Of a stretch of DNA of 64,000 nt, positions 48,592 to 60,426 are shown piece by piece; the stretch's first letter is position 1, and each line of letters opens with the position of its first letter. This stretch comes from Magallana gigas (lineage: Eukaryota). The notes beneath the pieces were generated by a model that did no database searches, was not told the origin of the DNA, and saw only the letters and a list, made by a program, of their open reading frames with translations. The position numbers were made by a program, and so were the translations under genes. The stretch spans positions 30,938,001-31,002,000 of the forward strand of contig NC_088858.1 of the NCBI RefSeq assembly GCF_963853765.1, given 5' to 3'.

Positions 48592-49800
48592 AGTTCCCGT
48601 AATCGTCTGGAAATCTTTACTAATGGTGGCATTTCAATAGCGAACAGCTCGAACGAGCAGGAGTTTAAATCCCCCTGCCAATGGTGTAGGTACACGAGAG
48701 ACGGCAAAAACCGGTTGTGTATACAGATATTGACAAAAGATCGATACCGATTGACACAGATCAACACAGGCTCGTTTTGTTGACATTTTATTTTACAAGG
48801 TGGATCCTTTTAATAAACAAAAATGGGTCCTTTACACATACATGTGACACCTCTCCCCTCCTCTTCTCCTTCCAGTCAAATTTTAATTTGTTTAAGTAGG
48901 TGAGATTTTAAAAATATATTTTAATCATTTTATAATTCACGTTGCAGCTCAAGTTGGTTTGGAAGCATTTGTTTTCCCCCTTATTTTCATATGATTTATT
49001 CTCTGGTCTTGAGGACGTGACTGATTGTCCCGGCATTCTTTGTTGCTCTTTTCTTCAAACACTTTCAGTGCTTAGAAAATTTCGTAGGGTGTTTGGGTTG
49101 TATCAAAGATTAATTACCTGGTCCCATCAAAGAAGCATTATTCTCATTCAACTGTTTAATAATTAGAAATTTGCTATACATATTTCACGTACTTGCTGCG
49201 AATTTGCTATTTTGCTATACGTTTTTGTACAGTTTCAATTTACTTTCCGGTAGTGTGTGTTTTATCTAAATGTGAATGTTTTGTCGACATGTGTCTAATG
49301 TTAATGAAATAGTGCTTATAATCAGGAGACTTTTTGAACACGAAAGGCCTTCATTGTATGTATATACGCAGGTTGGAAGAGTTATGCCTCTTTGTTGTAC
49401 AAGCTCGCTGATCCTACATATAATGAAACTAATAATGATTTTGGATTTCATTTATTTGTTTAGATATGCAAAACAAAGTGCACGGTGGTAAAGTTTCACT
49501 AAATACTAGTACAACCCCCACCACCCCAAAAAAATCCACACCTTCCCCACCCCCAACCCCCCCCCCCCCAAAAAAAAGAACAGACATGTATTTATGACTG
49601 ATTAAGAAATATTGTCATTTTTTGCCAAGATGTGATCGGTACATGTATGTTTCAACACAATCTTATTACAATCAGATCTTTCATCTCGCTGTTTGTTAAA
49701 CATGTATATGGTTATCACCCGTGAATAGATCTAACGCAACACCGTTCAGGTTAACCATATAAGGAAACGAGCGATATGAAAGGTCTATTTGGTTTCATCA

Positions 49801-50338
49801 TAGCTCCCGGTCTGAGAAAATTCGGATGGATAACCTTGGAGCTACAGTGCCACACATTGAAAAAATTCGTGTATTTATAGCGCACAAAAACGTGTGCTGG
49901 TTTTGGACTGATTAACCTTATCTATGCGCAAATTCTGTGAAAACAATTAGTACCATTAAATTTTTCATGCAATTTATTACTATTGTGGTCTCTTAACTTG
50001 TCTTGGACTTTCTCCGGAACACGCTACCGACCTCGGAAAATCAAGTATGTTATATTTTACATCGAGATCAAGAGTCGCCATTTTTACATGTAAACAAACT
50101 GCACCACTTCACTTTACGGGGCCGATTATTTTCAGGGGCAAAGTAAAGGGACGATATCAGTAATAAATTTCATGAAGAATTTAATAGTTCTAATTGTTTT
50201 CACAGAATTTGTGCATAAATAAGGTTAATCATTCTAAAAGTAGCGCACTTTTTTCTGCGCTATAAATACACGATTTTTTCAATGGGTGGCACTGTAGATC
50301 CGAGGTCGTCCCTCCGAATTTTTTCAGACTGGGAGCTA
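49801..50338. mobile_element. MITE (538 bp) with long, about 180-bp TIRs
   Basis: TAGCTCCCGGTCTGAGAAAATTCGGA...ACAGTGCCAC..ATTGAAAAAA..CGTGTATTTATAGCGCA is mirrored at the right end (...TCAGACTGGGAGCTA); the inversion extends to about 49980 and 50160. Confidence 0.85.
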
Positions 50339-51659
50339 CAGACCTGCAGCTAGTTTCCTGATAGTTTTCTGTGATACAATACAATGTTGCAAAACAAGTT
50401 AATATCATAATAATTCTTGATGTTTCATTAAAAATTACTGTGACTCATATAATCAAATTTGATTTATGAATTTTGCATACGAGAGATTGCGATTAGTACA
50501 TGTATCATAACAAATAAATCATGTACTGTAAGTCGCTAGTTAATCTTTACGTTAGATGTAAATTCAAACTCTCAAATTCGATCAGTTCGAAGTAAGAGGT
50601 GTATGATTAGGTAACTTCATGTGTTCTTGTACTTCTGAAATAGTAAAAAAAATATCATACAATTGCTAAACACAGAAATTCATTTGATTTGTTTTATTTG
50701 GATAAAAAGTTTGAACAATCAAAAACACTACAGCTTATAGGATAAACATTGATTGTATAAATTGGATAATGATTTTTTACAATTTTTTTTCAATAAAAAC
50801 ATTGCACTATCAAGTCTAATAATTCAATACAACTACTGTGTTCTACAATTTTCTTTGAAAATACATAAATTGTACATCTGACTAATAATTTAACATTTAT
50901 CTTCATTATCAGAGCTTATTGAGTAGATTTATTCTACATGGAAATAGCATGCGCTACACGAGAATTTAAAATTACCCCTAAGAATCCTATATACAGTTAA
51001 AAAGGATTTTAAAAGGCAAAATATTGTCTATAGAACAATACTAAAACAAACTGTATCGACGAAAACTGAAAACAAACGAAGCACACTGGGACTGAGTCAT
51101 TGAGTTATTGCGGCAAAAAGGCTTAGTGATGAAAAATGTTAAATGCTTTTATCATTGTTTTTCTCCAGTCTTTGAATAATTGATGATTGTACTCTCGTGT
51201 TACTATTGATGCATTGATGCTTGGGTGGTGGAAAGAATAATTATATACAATACATTTAACGTAAAGGGTCTCAAATTCATACAGACTATGACACGTAGAT
51301 AAAAAAAAAAATCCCCAAAAACATGTTCACACTAGAAAGTGAAAAGAAAAACACTTTTACGATCAATGTTTTGCGATACCAGCAGTGTATTGAGCAGTAT
51401 GGTTTGTTGATATTTCATTTATAATTGAAAAAAAAAACCACATACTAAATATGAAACCTAAATTGCATTCACTCGCGCAGTTATTGATTCGACCGTAAAT
51501 TTGATCACAACAAGATGCGGTGTACCGGTATGTGATGTTCTCTCAGTCTCCCTCCATTTTCATCCATGATCTAAAACTTCGTTAGTCTAATGATAAAGTC
51601 TGTTCTATCGACACTCATACAAATAGGCTTTTTTTTTGTAGCACAGGGGTTCTTCTATT

Positions 51660-51665
51660 CTAGCC

Positions 51666-51703
<38 letters not shown>

Positions 51704-53600
51704 AAAAAAAAATCCCAAAACACCGGTTTTATAACATATTTTGAAAAATAGTTATATATATTCCAATAGCAGTAAAACAAATGTCTTATATGAGAATAAA
51801 ATGCTTTAATAGACAAGACAAATCTACAAGTATATATTACATATATGTACTTAAACACATGCATCGAAATCATGCGAAAATCTAGACGAAGAGGGTACCG
51901 AAGCTGTCCTCCCCTTTAGACGGGTTTTTTAAATTACTAGCATCACATTACAAGAAACAGCCATCATACCCCCACCCCTAGAAAACTCGTGCCCCTTGAG
52001 TAAGTTCCTCAGACTGTATATATACATGCAGTAAAGCTCTTAAGTTACTCATTTGCTCTCTGTTTTGCGGGGGGGGGGGGGTATTGTATCTAAGGGCAAG
52101 TGTGAACACCTCCATCCCACCTTTGAAAATATCCTGCATATGGACCACAGACCAAAACAGTTTTATATCAACAAAATTATCTTTATTGAGGACCAAACCA
52201 CATGAACAAGAGACACAAATATAATCAAAACTTGTTTATAGAGAATATATAGATTTTTTTTTATAATTTTGTTTTCATCATTTCCTGCTTTGATAAGTTT
52301 GTAAAAGGGAAAGAATCTGATAAAAAATGATAAACAAAACAAAAACCCCTCACAGGAAATAATTTTACAGAATCTAACGACCGAATCACACGGAAAACCT
52401 TCACATAAAAAAAGAAGAAGAAAAAAAACATGACTACTGCTATTGGAGCGAATCAACACGCAAAAATTAATTTACAAAATGTACGATAATGAGCTAATGC
52501 ATTTTGTGCATTGCATAAATCAATGGGGAATTAGCGCCGCGATCACTCAACGACCGACAAACGGATAGCAGTATTTAGCGTCATATCCATCGAACAGCTT
52601 TGAAAATAATTGTTTTTGTGATAAGTTTACTGTCAAGGTCGAAGAATGAATGCATTTCGTTAATTAGTCAGACCTTGATATCCATAACTATTTGCATAAA
52701 AACAATTGTTTTAAACACGATTAATTATCACTGAGTTTAAAAAAAGGGGGGTGGGGGGTAAAACAAACTGCCATTTTGAAGATTAGTATCACAATGCCAA
52801 ATGAATAATTTCTGTGTCATCTCAACATTGATTTGTATGGAAATCGGCAAATGTTGGAATTTGATATATGCACTCAATAACAAAGCAATTTTTATCAATA
52901 TTTAAAGTGAAGCATTGTTTAATATTAATGAGGTGCCATTGTTGGCCATATAACGAGTTTGCTTAATATGGAAATGTTAAATCAATTTTTAACATCTCAA
53001 TAACGAGATTCAATGCCAATGTCATATCCAAATACTAATACAGGTACGTGTCCAGCATGGAGGGGATAAATATTGATATCAAATTCATGTCCATTGGATG
53101 GAACAAACTATAAAAATGTACATAAATAACATTTTCTGGAATAATTTACTCCTTTTACTAACGCCATCCCTTTCACTTTCTAGAACATAAAATGCAAATT
53201 GTGAAGAGAAAAATATTAACAACAACATTTGTTACAAAAAAAATCATCGATAATATTATAGCCAAATTTCAGCTACTACATACAGGGAAATATTCGCCCC
53301 TGTTTTATTTTTCGCCCCTTTCGCTCGCGTTCTCAGCAGGCGAATTTAAGACTAGACGTATTCCAATGTCTCATTTTATCCCTCTTTAATTAAACACAAC
53401 TTTTCTGGGCGAATTTGAGACGGACCGAAGAAACTGTTTGCAAGTGTACAGGAGGGCAAAAATAACACTTTTACAATATCAGTACAGAATCACGATAACA
53501 GGGCACATATTAAACTTCCTGGCAGTGACTCGAAATAAACATCGACAATTTTTTTTTTAAAATTTCATCTCTACCTTCGTAGTTGACCTGTCCGTCCCCG

Positions 53601-53632
<32 letters not shown>

Positions 53633-56513
53633 TTCCTCGTCTGTGAGACGTTCCCCGAGACTTTTCATCACGTGACGTAGCTCGGAAGCGCTGATGAACC
53701 CATTGCCGTCCTTGTCGAACACCTTGAAGGCTTCCTTAAGTTCCTCTGTCGTGTCAGTATCTCGCATTTTCCGCGCCATCATTTGAAGGAACTCGTCGAA
53801 ATCGATCGTACCACTTTCTGAAATAAAACAGCGTACAACATTATACGCTATATTTTGTACCACTAACAATTTTTGGCGCAATGAATTGATCAAGGTCAGA
53901 CTCCTTATTCAGTTTTGAAAATAATTACTGAAAATTTTAACCGATAATGCTCTAAGATACATTTCAACTTTAAAAATAGCATTATAAGCTTTTAAAACAC
54001 CATCCACCAGACCAATTATTTTTTCAAGAAATAATTCTTCATATATCAAATCCTATGGAAAGCAATACATTTGTTTTGAATAATCATTATTTTATAAGTT
54101 GCTTGATCTGTTTGTTAATTAATATTTAGACTTTTAATGTACACGATATTAAGATTTCTTCCTTCTTCGTTCACTTGTTATTTTGTTCATCATGAATAAA
54201 GTTCATCCGGAGTGATGATCTACCCGAAATCGAAAGTTAAACAAACCCATGGAACAGCAGTAAACCACGCACCAAAAGTTTTTTTTAAGGGATGTGTCAT
54301 CTATTTCCTCTTTTTAAAGGTATTTTACAGGTTGTCATGATAACACAAAAGCATAGCTATTATGTGTTTTAGACCATATCCGATTCTATTGTTGGTGATA
54401 TTTTTTTTTATACGAAGAACACGAAACCCAACGATATTTTGAGCGTATTTGGTTTTATATAAAAAGAGAACGTGCGGAAAAAATTCCGAAAATTCATCCA
54501 ATACAGCTATTGAACGATTTTGTTAAGTAATGCCGCGTCCACCATAATGTTTTATCAACCCAACCTTAGGTTAAAAAAAAGGAACCCGATTCTTCATTGT
54601 TCCAGATTCTACACACGAAAATTGATTTTTGTCATTTATCCAATCAATATAGAGTTCACATTACAAAGGTGCAGATGTGACGGCACTATAGCCTTGTCAG
54701 AAACACTGTAGAAGGCAAAAAATCGTGATCTGAGACTCAAGGTCGGCCATTATATCGAGCCAGGCGGTGCGTTGTTGACATACCATCATAGTCTACTTCG
54801 TTGATCATGTCCTGCAGTTCGCCCTCAGTGGGATTCTGGCCCAGACTGCGCATGACCGTTCCCAACTCCATTGTCGTTATACTTCCGTCACCATCTTTGT
54901 CAAAAAGGTTGAAGGCCTCTCGGAACTCTAAAACAGGCAAATAATTTTTTTTAATGAATAAAAGAATTGATTCCTCTTTTTGACGTTTTATCTTGTGTTT
55001 ATTTTTTTATATATCAATATCTCAAAAGGAAATGGATATGAAAAGATTTTATTTCATTTAAAGCTACTGTATAAAATAAAATACATTTACATTTTATTTT
55101 TATGATCACCTTCTGCGAATTTTCTATACAGCTGTTGCCATAGTAATAAAGCATACTATCAAAAATTCAGATGCACATACATGACGTGCAGAAAACTAAA
55201 ATTTAGTCTCGTGTTTTACCTGCAACTTGTTCGTCTGAAAGTTTGATTTGCTCTCTCTGTGCCTGCAAAAATACACAATTTCAATAAGACTTCTTACGTA
55301 TCTTTTATAATTCATATTTTAGAATAGCCTAGAGTAAGAAATATGCTGCATGGTAGCACTTCCTTAGCAGTAACTATATGTATAGACATGTACTGTAACA
55401 TCTGGCACAATGGTCAAACCAGCAGACGGGCCAAAACAAACAAAATTCGTGTTCCACGCGTTAGTATATAACCCTTTAGTATATACTTTAAAAAAGACCA
55501 TCTATTCTTATCAGGAATTTTCTTATTGCAGTATAATTTTTGACAAAATAATTACCGTGTTTTTATAATCTTTTTGCGTTTTACCAAATAAAACTTTTCT
55601 AATTGATTTTAAAAAAATGTATAGCCATGGAAGAAATTTTATCGGTTACTTGTTGATTGAGCAAAAAATATATATAATAAAACATTGAATCGGATTTTTA
55701 AAACAAAAATATAGCCAACATGCGTAATCAAAATTAAAGAGCTTTAAGCATGACTATCAAAGTTTAAATTGTATTTGTTTGTTTTAGTTTGATAATCCAC
55801 TACATGTAAATGGGGGGGGGGGGGGCATAAACATGATACCATTTTAAGAGTGTAGTTCCTATTCCAAACAAAAACAGGATAAGTGGTAATGCAGTTTATT
55901 AACATCAACATTTTATTGCAACATTTGTTTTCAATCCTTGTCTCTCAAACCACCCATCCCCCCTTTGAAGTATCTTGGCTAAAATTTTCCTATAGTTTTT
56001 TCTTGGGGATGCTGATGAGTCCAGCACAAGAATCTTGGCAGTGCAATCGAAAATGATTGAAGTTCCGGAAGATAACATTTGATTACATAATTTTTTTTCG
56101 ATCTGGGACCGAACACTTATTTCATCTTGGCCGACGATGGAAGGTTTAGTTTTTATAAAAGGGTTAATAAGTCATAAAAAGACCGAGAGATGTGAACGTC
56201 GATAACTACAAGCGCCGGCACATGATAGGGCCAGGATGGTGTGGCAAAGAATTGACCTTAACCATATATAGTGTATGTAGTCTTTTGGGAGCGTGTTGGG
56301 GCATATTTCCAATTAATGTCCTCCGGCTGCGTTAAATTCAATTATTGGCGCCTCTGATGCGTGAAAGTATGTAAGCATAATTTGATATAACAATAACATA
56401 TTATTGATTACAAAAGAACACGAGAAAGCCCAATATGTATATGTCTGGGTCCATTGCCATGCCGGTTATTATAGTGAAATATACCTTTGGTTTCAGAGCA
56501 TCTAATATTAATG

Positions 56514-56555
<42 letters not shown>

Positions 56556-56575
56556 CCAGAATTCCCTACAGGATA

Positions 56576-56609
<34 letters not shown>

Positions 56610-56771
56610 CAATGAATGGTAAACATAGATTAATATGCCCGGTTTATTGAAAGCTCCGCGCTCGATCGATCACGTGACCGTTCTGTTCGGCCTGTTAATG
56701 AAAGTTTATTTTTTGCGCGAAGTACCAATCAGACACACTTGAGTACGGGCTAGCGTGACAATGGAGAAACA

Positions 56772-56802
<31 letters not shown>

Positions 56803-56810
56803 AATAAACT

Positions 56811-56856
<46 letters not shown>

Positions 56857-56915
56857 GAGTTGTTATCCTATTTCAGACTGAAAAGTTTATTGATCATCTC
56901 TCTCTCTCTCCCTCT

Positions 56916-56968
<53 letters not shown>

Positions 56969-58347
56969 ATTAGCCCAAAAGTATTCGTTTCGAATGTTTC
57001 TAGTAAATGAATTATGGCTCGAATGTTATATCTCCTCTTTATCTTAAATGTAAGATGTGAAACTTCTCAAAAATTCCAAATTTAAACGTGGGAGTTTCTA
57101 GGGGGTTCGAATATTTGCAAAATCTAGTTTTGGTGGTAATGCAATAGTTTCGAATTCAATAGTTTCTTGGAAGAAACAAAAATAAGCACATAAAAAATAT
57201 TGATTTTATACACCCAATGTGTTCTGATTAATGGCACCCATGTTATTAAAAAACAAAGATTTATCTCATGAATCAAATAAGGAACAAATATTTTCAAGTT
57301 AATTTTTGTTTCCCCATATCATGTTTTGTCGAAGTTTCTTCCGTTAATATATTCTATTGTTTTTCCTTGTTACCAACTAACTGATCGGCCTATCTAACCT
57401 CAATGCTATTCATCACTTTACATTTTATTTTTTGTGCTACTTAATGCAGAACATAGTTAAACTTTATTTCTTATCAAGGAAATATTAAGCTATCACTTGG
57501 CCTAGAATCACTTCATTACTGTTATATTAACGTTATTGATATGGTTTTCAAACGAGTCATTTATCGGGAATTTTTTTCTGCGCAATAAGTAAGCTCTTTT
57601 GAAAATTAAAATTAAACCTTGCCAGATGGATTAATATCGATTTTTAAACACTTTTTTCTAAATAACATTACCTTGCAGAGAAAAGACGATATAATGAGAC
57701 AAAAGACGAAGGTTTTTGGTTTTTTTTTAAAAATACTTTTTTGTCATCAATAAGGTAAAATAATGTGAAAAGAAAATACATCCATCAGAAAAGTATAAAG
57801 AAAATATGTCAACGTTAACGACTGTTACAACCAGCTGTCTCGGGCACCCTGGTGATAAAGTGATTAGAGGCTCGTTTGTTATTTGTGCCTGGATATAACA
57901 CCGAATCGATTCTGCATTAAGATCTTATAAAAAGCAAAATGTTACAGTTGCAGCAGTTTTTTTTGTTCAGCAAACAAATTCGTAACCTAGAGTCCTAACA
58001 CCACACGTTCTCCGAATCTCGTTCCTTTTTTTTTTCTTCACCGAACAATGGGTTACTTACATGATAAACACAGAACAAACAGTCTTCACGCCTTGGTTTT
58101 GACAATAAGATTGTCAGATCAATATCAACCTTGGACTGCCTCGCCCAGCGCCCCATCCCCCCCCCCCCCCCAAAACACACACACACACACTTTCCCTTTA
58201 CTTAAAAACATTTAAATAAATATTGGCAAAAATTCTTAGTACTTATTTTGCCGGGTTTTTTTTAGCAGTCAAAAAAGACAGTAGTAGCAAAATACTACTG
58301 TATTGATTAAAAATTACTAAGTTTAAATAAATAAAAAATCTTACCAT
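51660..58347 (-). CDS. Gene J: calmodulin-like protein closest to canonical calmodulin (157 aa)
   Basis: Exons 58345-58347 (ATG|gtaaga), 55220-55262 ([14 protein letters not shown]), 54784-54927, 53575-53817, 51660-51700 ([13 protein letters not shown]); 474 nt. Loops [48 protein letters not shown]. About 80% identical to animal calmodulin by manual comparison, so it is not calmodulin itself. Confidence 0.92.
53274..53484. mobile_element. Degenerate MITE with internal GGGCGAA/TTCGCCCC repeats
   Basis: TAC..ATACAGGGAAATATTCGCCCC start, repeated TTCGCCCC and GGCGAATTT motifs, CAGTA end; in the last intron of gene J. Confidence 0.55.
56897..56964. repeat. Interrupted (TC)n microsatellite
   Basis: Direct read; intron 1 of gene J. 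Confidence 0.97.
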
Positions 58348-58621
58348 TTCGATAAAGTGACGATGGTACTAGAATAAATCTTTGTGTTCACTTTACTAGC
58401 TTGAACTGGAAACAACTAAGCCACGAATGCTCTCGTTCTATTATCAATAACTGTCACAATGCGACATGTTCTATCCACATTAATTATACAACAGCGTTGG
58501 GCCGCACTCTACCTCCCTGGCGCACCCGAACTGAACGCGACCAGCATCAGATAGAACGAGGCTCCGGTTCAGAGCGTCAGATATTGATCCTGGCTAGGTA
58601 TAGACCAAACTTCAGGCCTCC

Positions 58622-58652
<31 letters not shown>

Positions 58653-59371
58653 CAGATTTCGGCAATTTTTTGTTCTCTCTTTTTTCTCTCTCTCAATGTT
58701 TCTTTTGTTTATCAATATGCTTGACCAAATATCACAAATACATCACTCAAACAAGCGTTACATGCCGGTAATGGGGTTGATTGTCAATATTCGACTAATT
58801 ACCGTAAAATCAACAAATTGAACAGCGCCTGTTTTATGATCAAATACGGAAAGTATCAGAAATCATTCTTCGTCAATTATCTTGTTCCAGTTTATTGCTG
58901 TGTGAAAGGACGAGGCCATGGAATTTCTGATTGATCATGTTGAAATCTACATTAGTGTTAAGATGGCTTAATGATGGAGTGGCTTACGACACAACGATTC
59001 ATATTAAACTAAGTTGACATTGTTGAGTGTTGTCAAATCAAGATATACCGTAACGATAAAATTTCTGTAATTTTCTCTCATCTTCGTAAGGCACGGGATC
59101 ATATTTTCTATTGAGCTTTACGTCAAAAAAAAAAATACCTGCTTACAATATAGTGCATTTTCTGGGGGTAATTTTGCAGGTGCAAAAAAAATTAGCCAGA
59201 ATTATTCCCACACACACTCTTTCACATGTATTCAGACCGAGATTCGTTGATGCCTATCTAGACTGTAGGTCAAATATGTTATTGTAATAGTGTACGGGTT
59301 CAGGATCTTTTATTTACATCTATCGAGTATTTTCTCCTCGATTTCAGAAGAAAACCGGTTGTGATTCATAG

Positions 59372-59450
59372 CTCTATAGAAACCGACAGGACTGAATTCG
59401 ACACGATCAAGTCTAACCAGTTTAATTTACGATCTGCACGAAATAAACTC
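59372..59450 (+). repeat. Dispersed repeat fragment, copy 2
   Basis: Similar to 12651-12785. Confidence 0.55.
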
Positions 59451-59605
59451 AAATTCCCTTATAAGACGACTTTGCTATTTCTTTTAACTAGCGTACTAAT
59501 TTTACTTTCTTTTTACGATCAATCCATTTATTGGTTTAAAAAAATGTAAACATAAACAATACAATGTAAATCCTATCATCGATGATTTAATGATACATAA
59601 TACGT

Positions 59606-59672
59606 ACTTTTTTCTGCAATGTCACTATTTTTACATCCCGCATGAGACGCAAAAGAAAGCATTCTATTGTTT
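59606..59672. mobile_element. Right-arm fragment of the same palindromic MITE
   Basis: TTTTTCTGCAATGTCAC...CCCGCATGA...AAAGAAAGCATTCTATTGTTT. Confidence 0.55.
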
Positions 59673-59903
59673 GAATATCATAGCTAAGAATTTAATTCAA
59701 AATATATGGAGAAAAATAACAACATCTTGTTTTATTGACAAGTGTCTCTGTTGCCGTTTATTTTTTTTTTATTCACATGGACATGGCATTGTTAGTAGAT
59801 GTTTTTCAGACTGTGTAGGGACGTTGTGGCTACCGCTAACCACGAAGCCACGTGCATACAGATGTTTGGTATCACCACATTAGTACATGCACAAAGCCGT
59901 TAA

Positions 59904-60245
59904 AGGGACTTACACACGATTTGAGCTCAAAATTTTAATAAGATTCATTTTTCATTTTTAATGTTTAGAATGATTTATATGGGTATTTGGAATGCTTTGT
60001 CAAAATTTGAAAGTCAAGTATTATAGATCTAAGTTATAAGCAAGATTCAGAGTTTTATATTCCTTGTTTTGTAAACAAAACTCGAACATTGTTCTTCTTT
60101 ACATACATGTATGTGTTTAATTGGTACAATTTTCGACCAAATAATGCTTTCTCCTGTTGATAATATTATTTATGAACACTATGAATCAGTTTGCTTTGTT
60201 TGCCATTTTGTCAAAGAAATGGTAATTCCATACTTCACATTATTT
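59904..60245. mobile_element. Second, truncated copy of the TTAA-flanked MITE
   Basis: TTAA|AGGGACTTACACACG start and shared internal AATGCTTTGTCAAAATTTGAAAGTCAA, TAAGCAAGAT, TTGTTTTGTAAACAAA; right TIR not seen. Confidence 0.7.
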
Positions 60246-60261
60246 GTAAGCTTTGTGTGGT

Positions 60262-60426
60262 TAAACAAATAAAATGCTTTCTTTGGTGATTCATGCGGGT
60301 TATGAAGGTGACGACATTGCAGAAAAAATACACAACCACAACAATAGCGGGTTATGTAATTTTTTCAGCAATGATCACTTTCTTCATAACCCGCATGAAT
60401 CATCAAAGAAAGTATTTTATTGTTTA
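60262..60426. mobile_element. Near-complete palindromic MITE (about 165 bp)
   Basis: Left arm AAACAAATAAAATGCTTTCTTTGGTGATTCATGCGGGTTATGAAG is the inverse of right arm CTTCATAACCCGCATGAATCATCAAAGAAAGTATTTTATTGTTT. Confidence 0.8.

Noticed and set aside
49118-49151. 34-nt exon-like segment (LNENNASLMGP) upstream of gene I
   Set aside because: Phase-compatible, but gene I already has a canonical ATG exon and exon 2, and there is no homology support.
51660-58347. Calling gene J calmodulin (CALM)
   Set aside because: About 28 substitutions in the core plus N- and C-terminal extensions; true animal calmodulin is nearly invariant.
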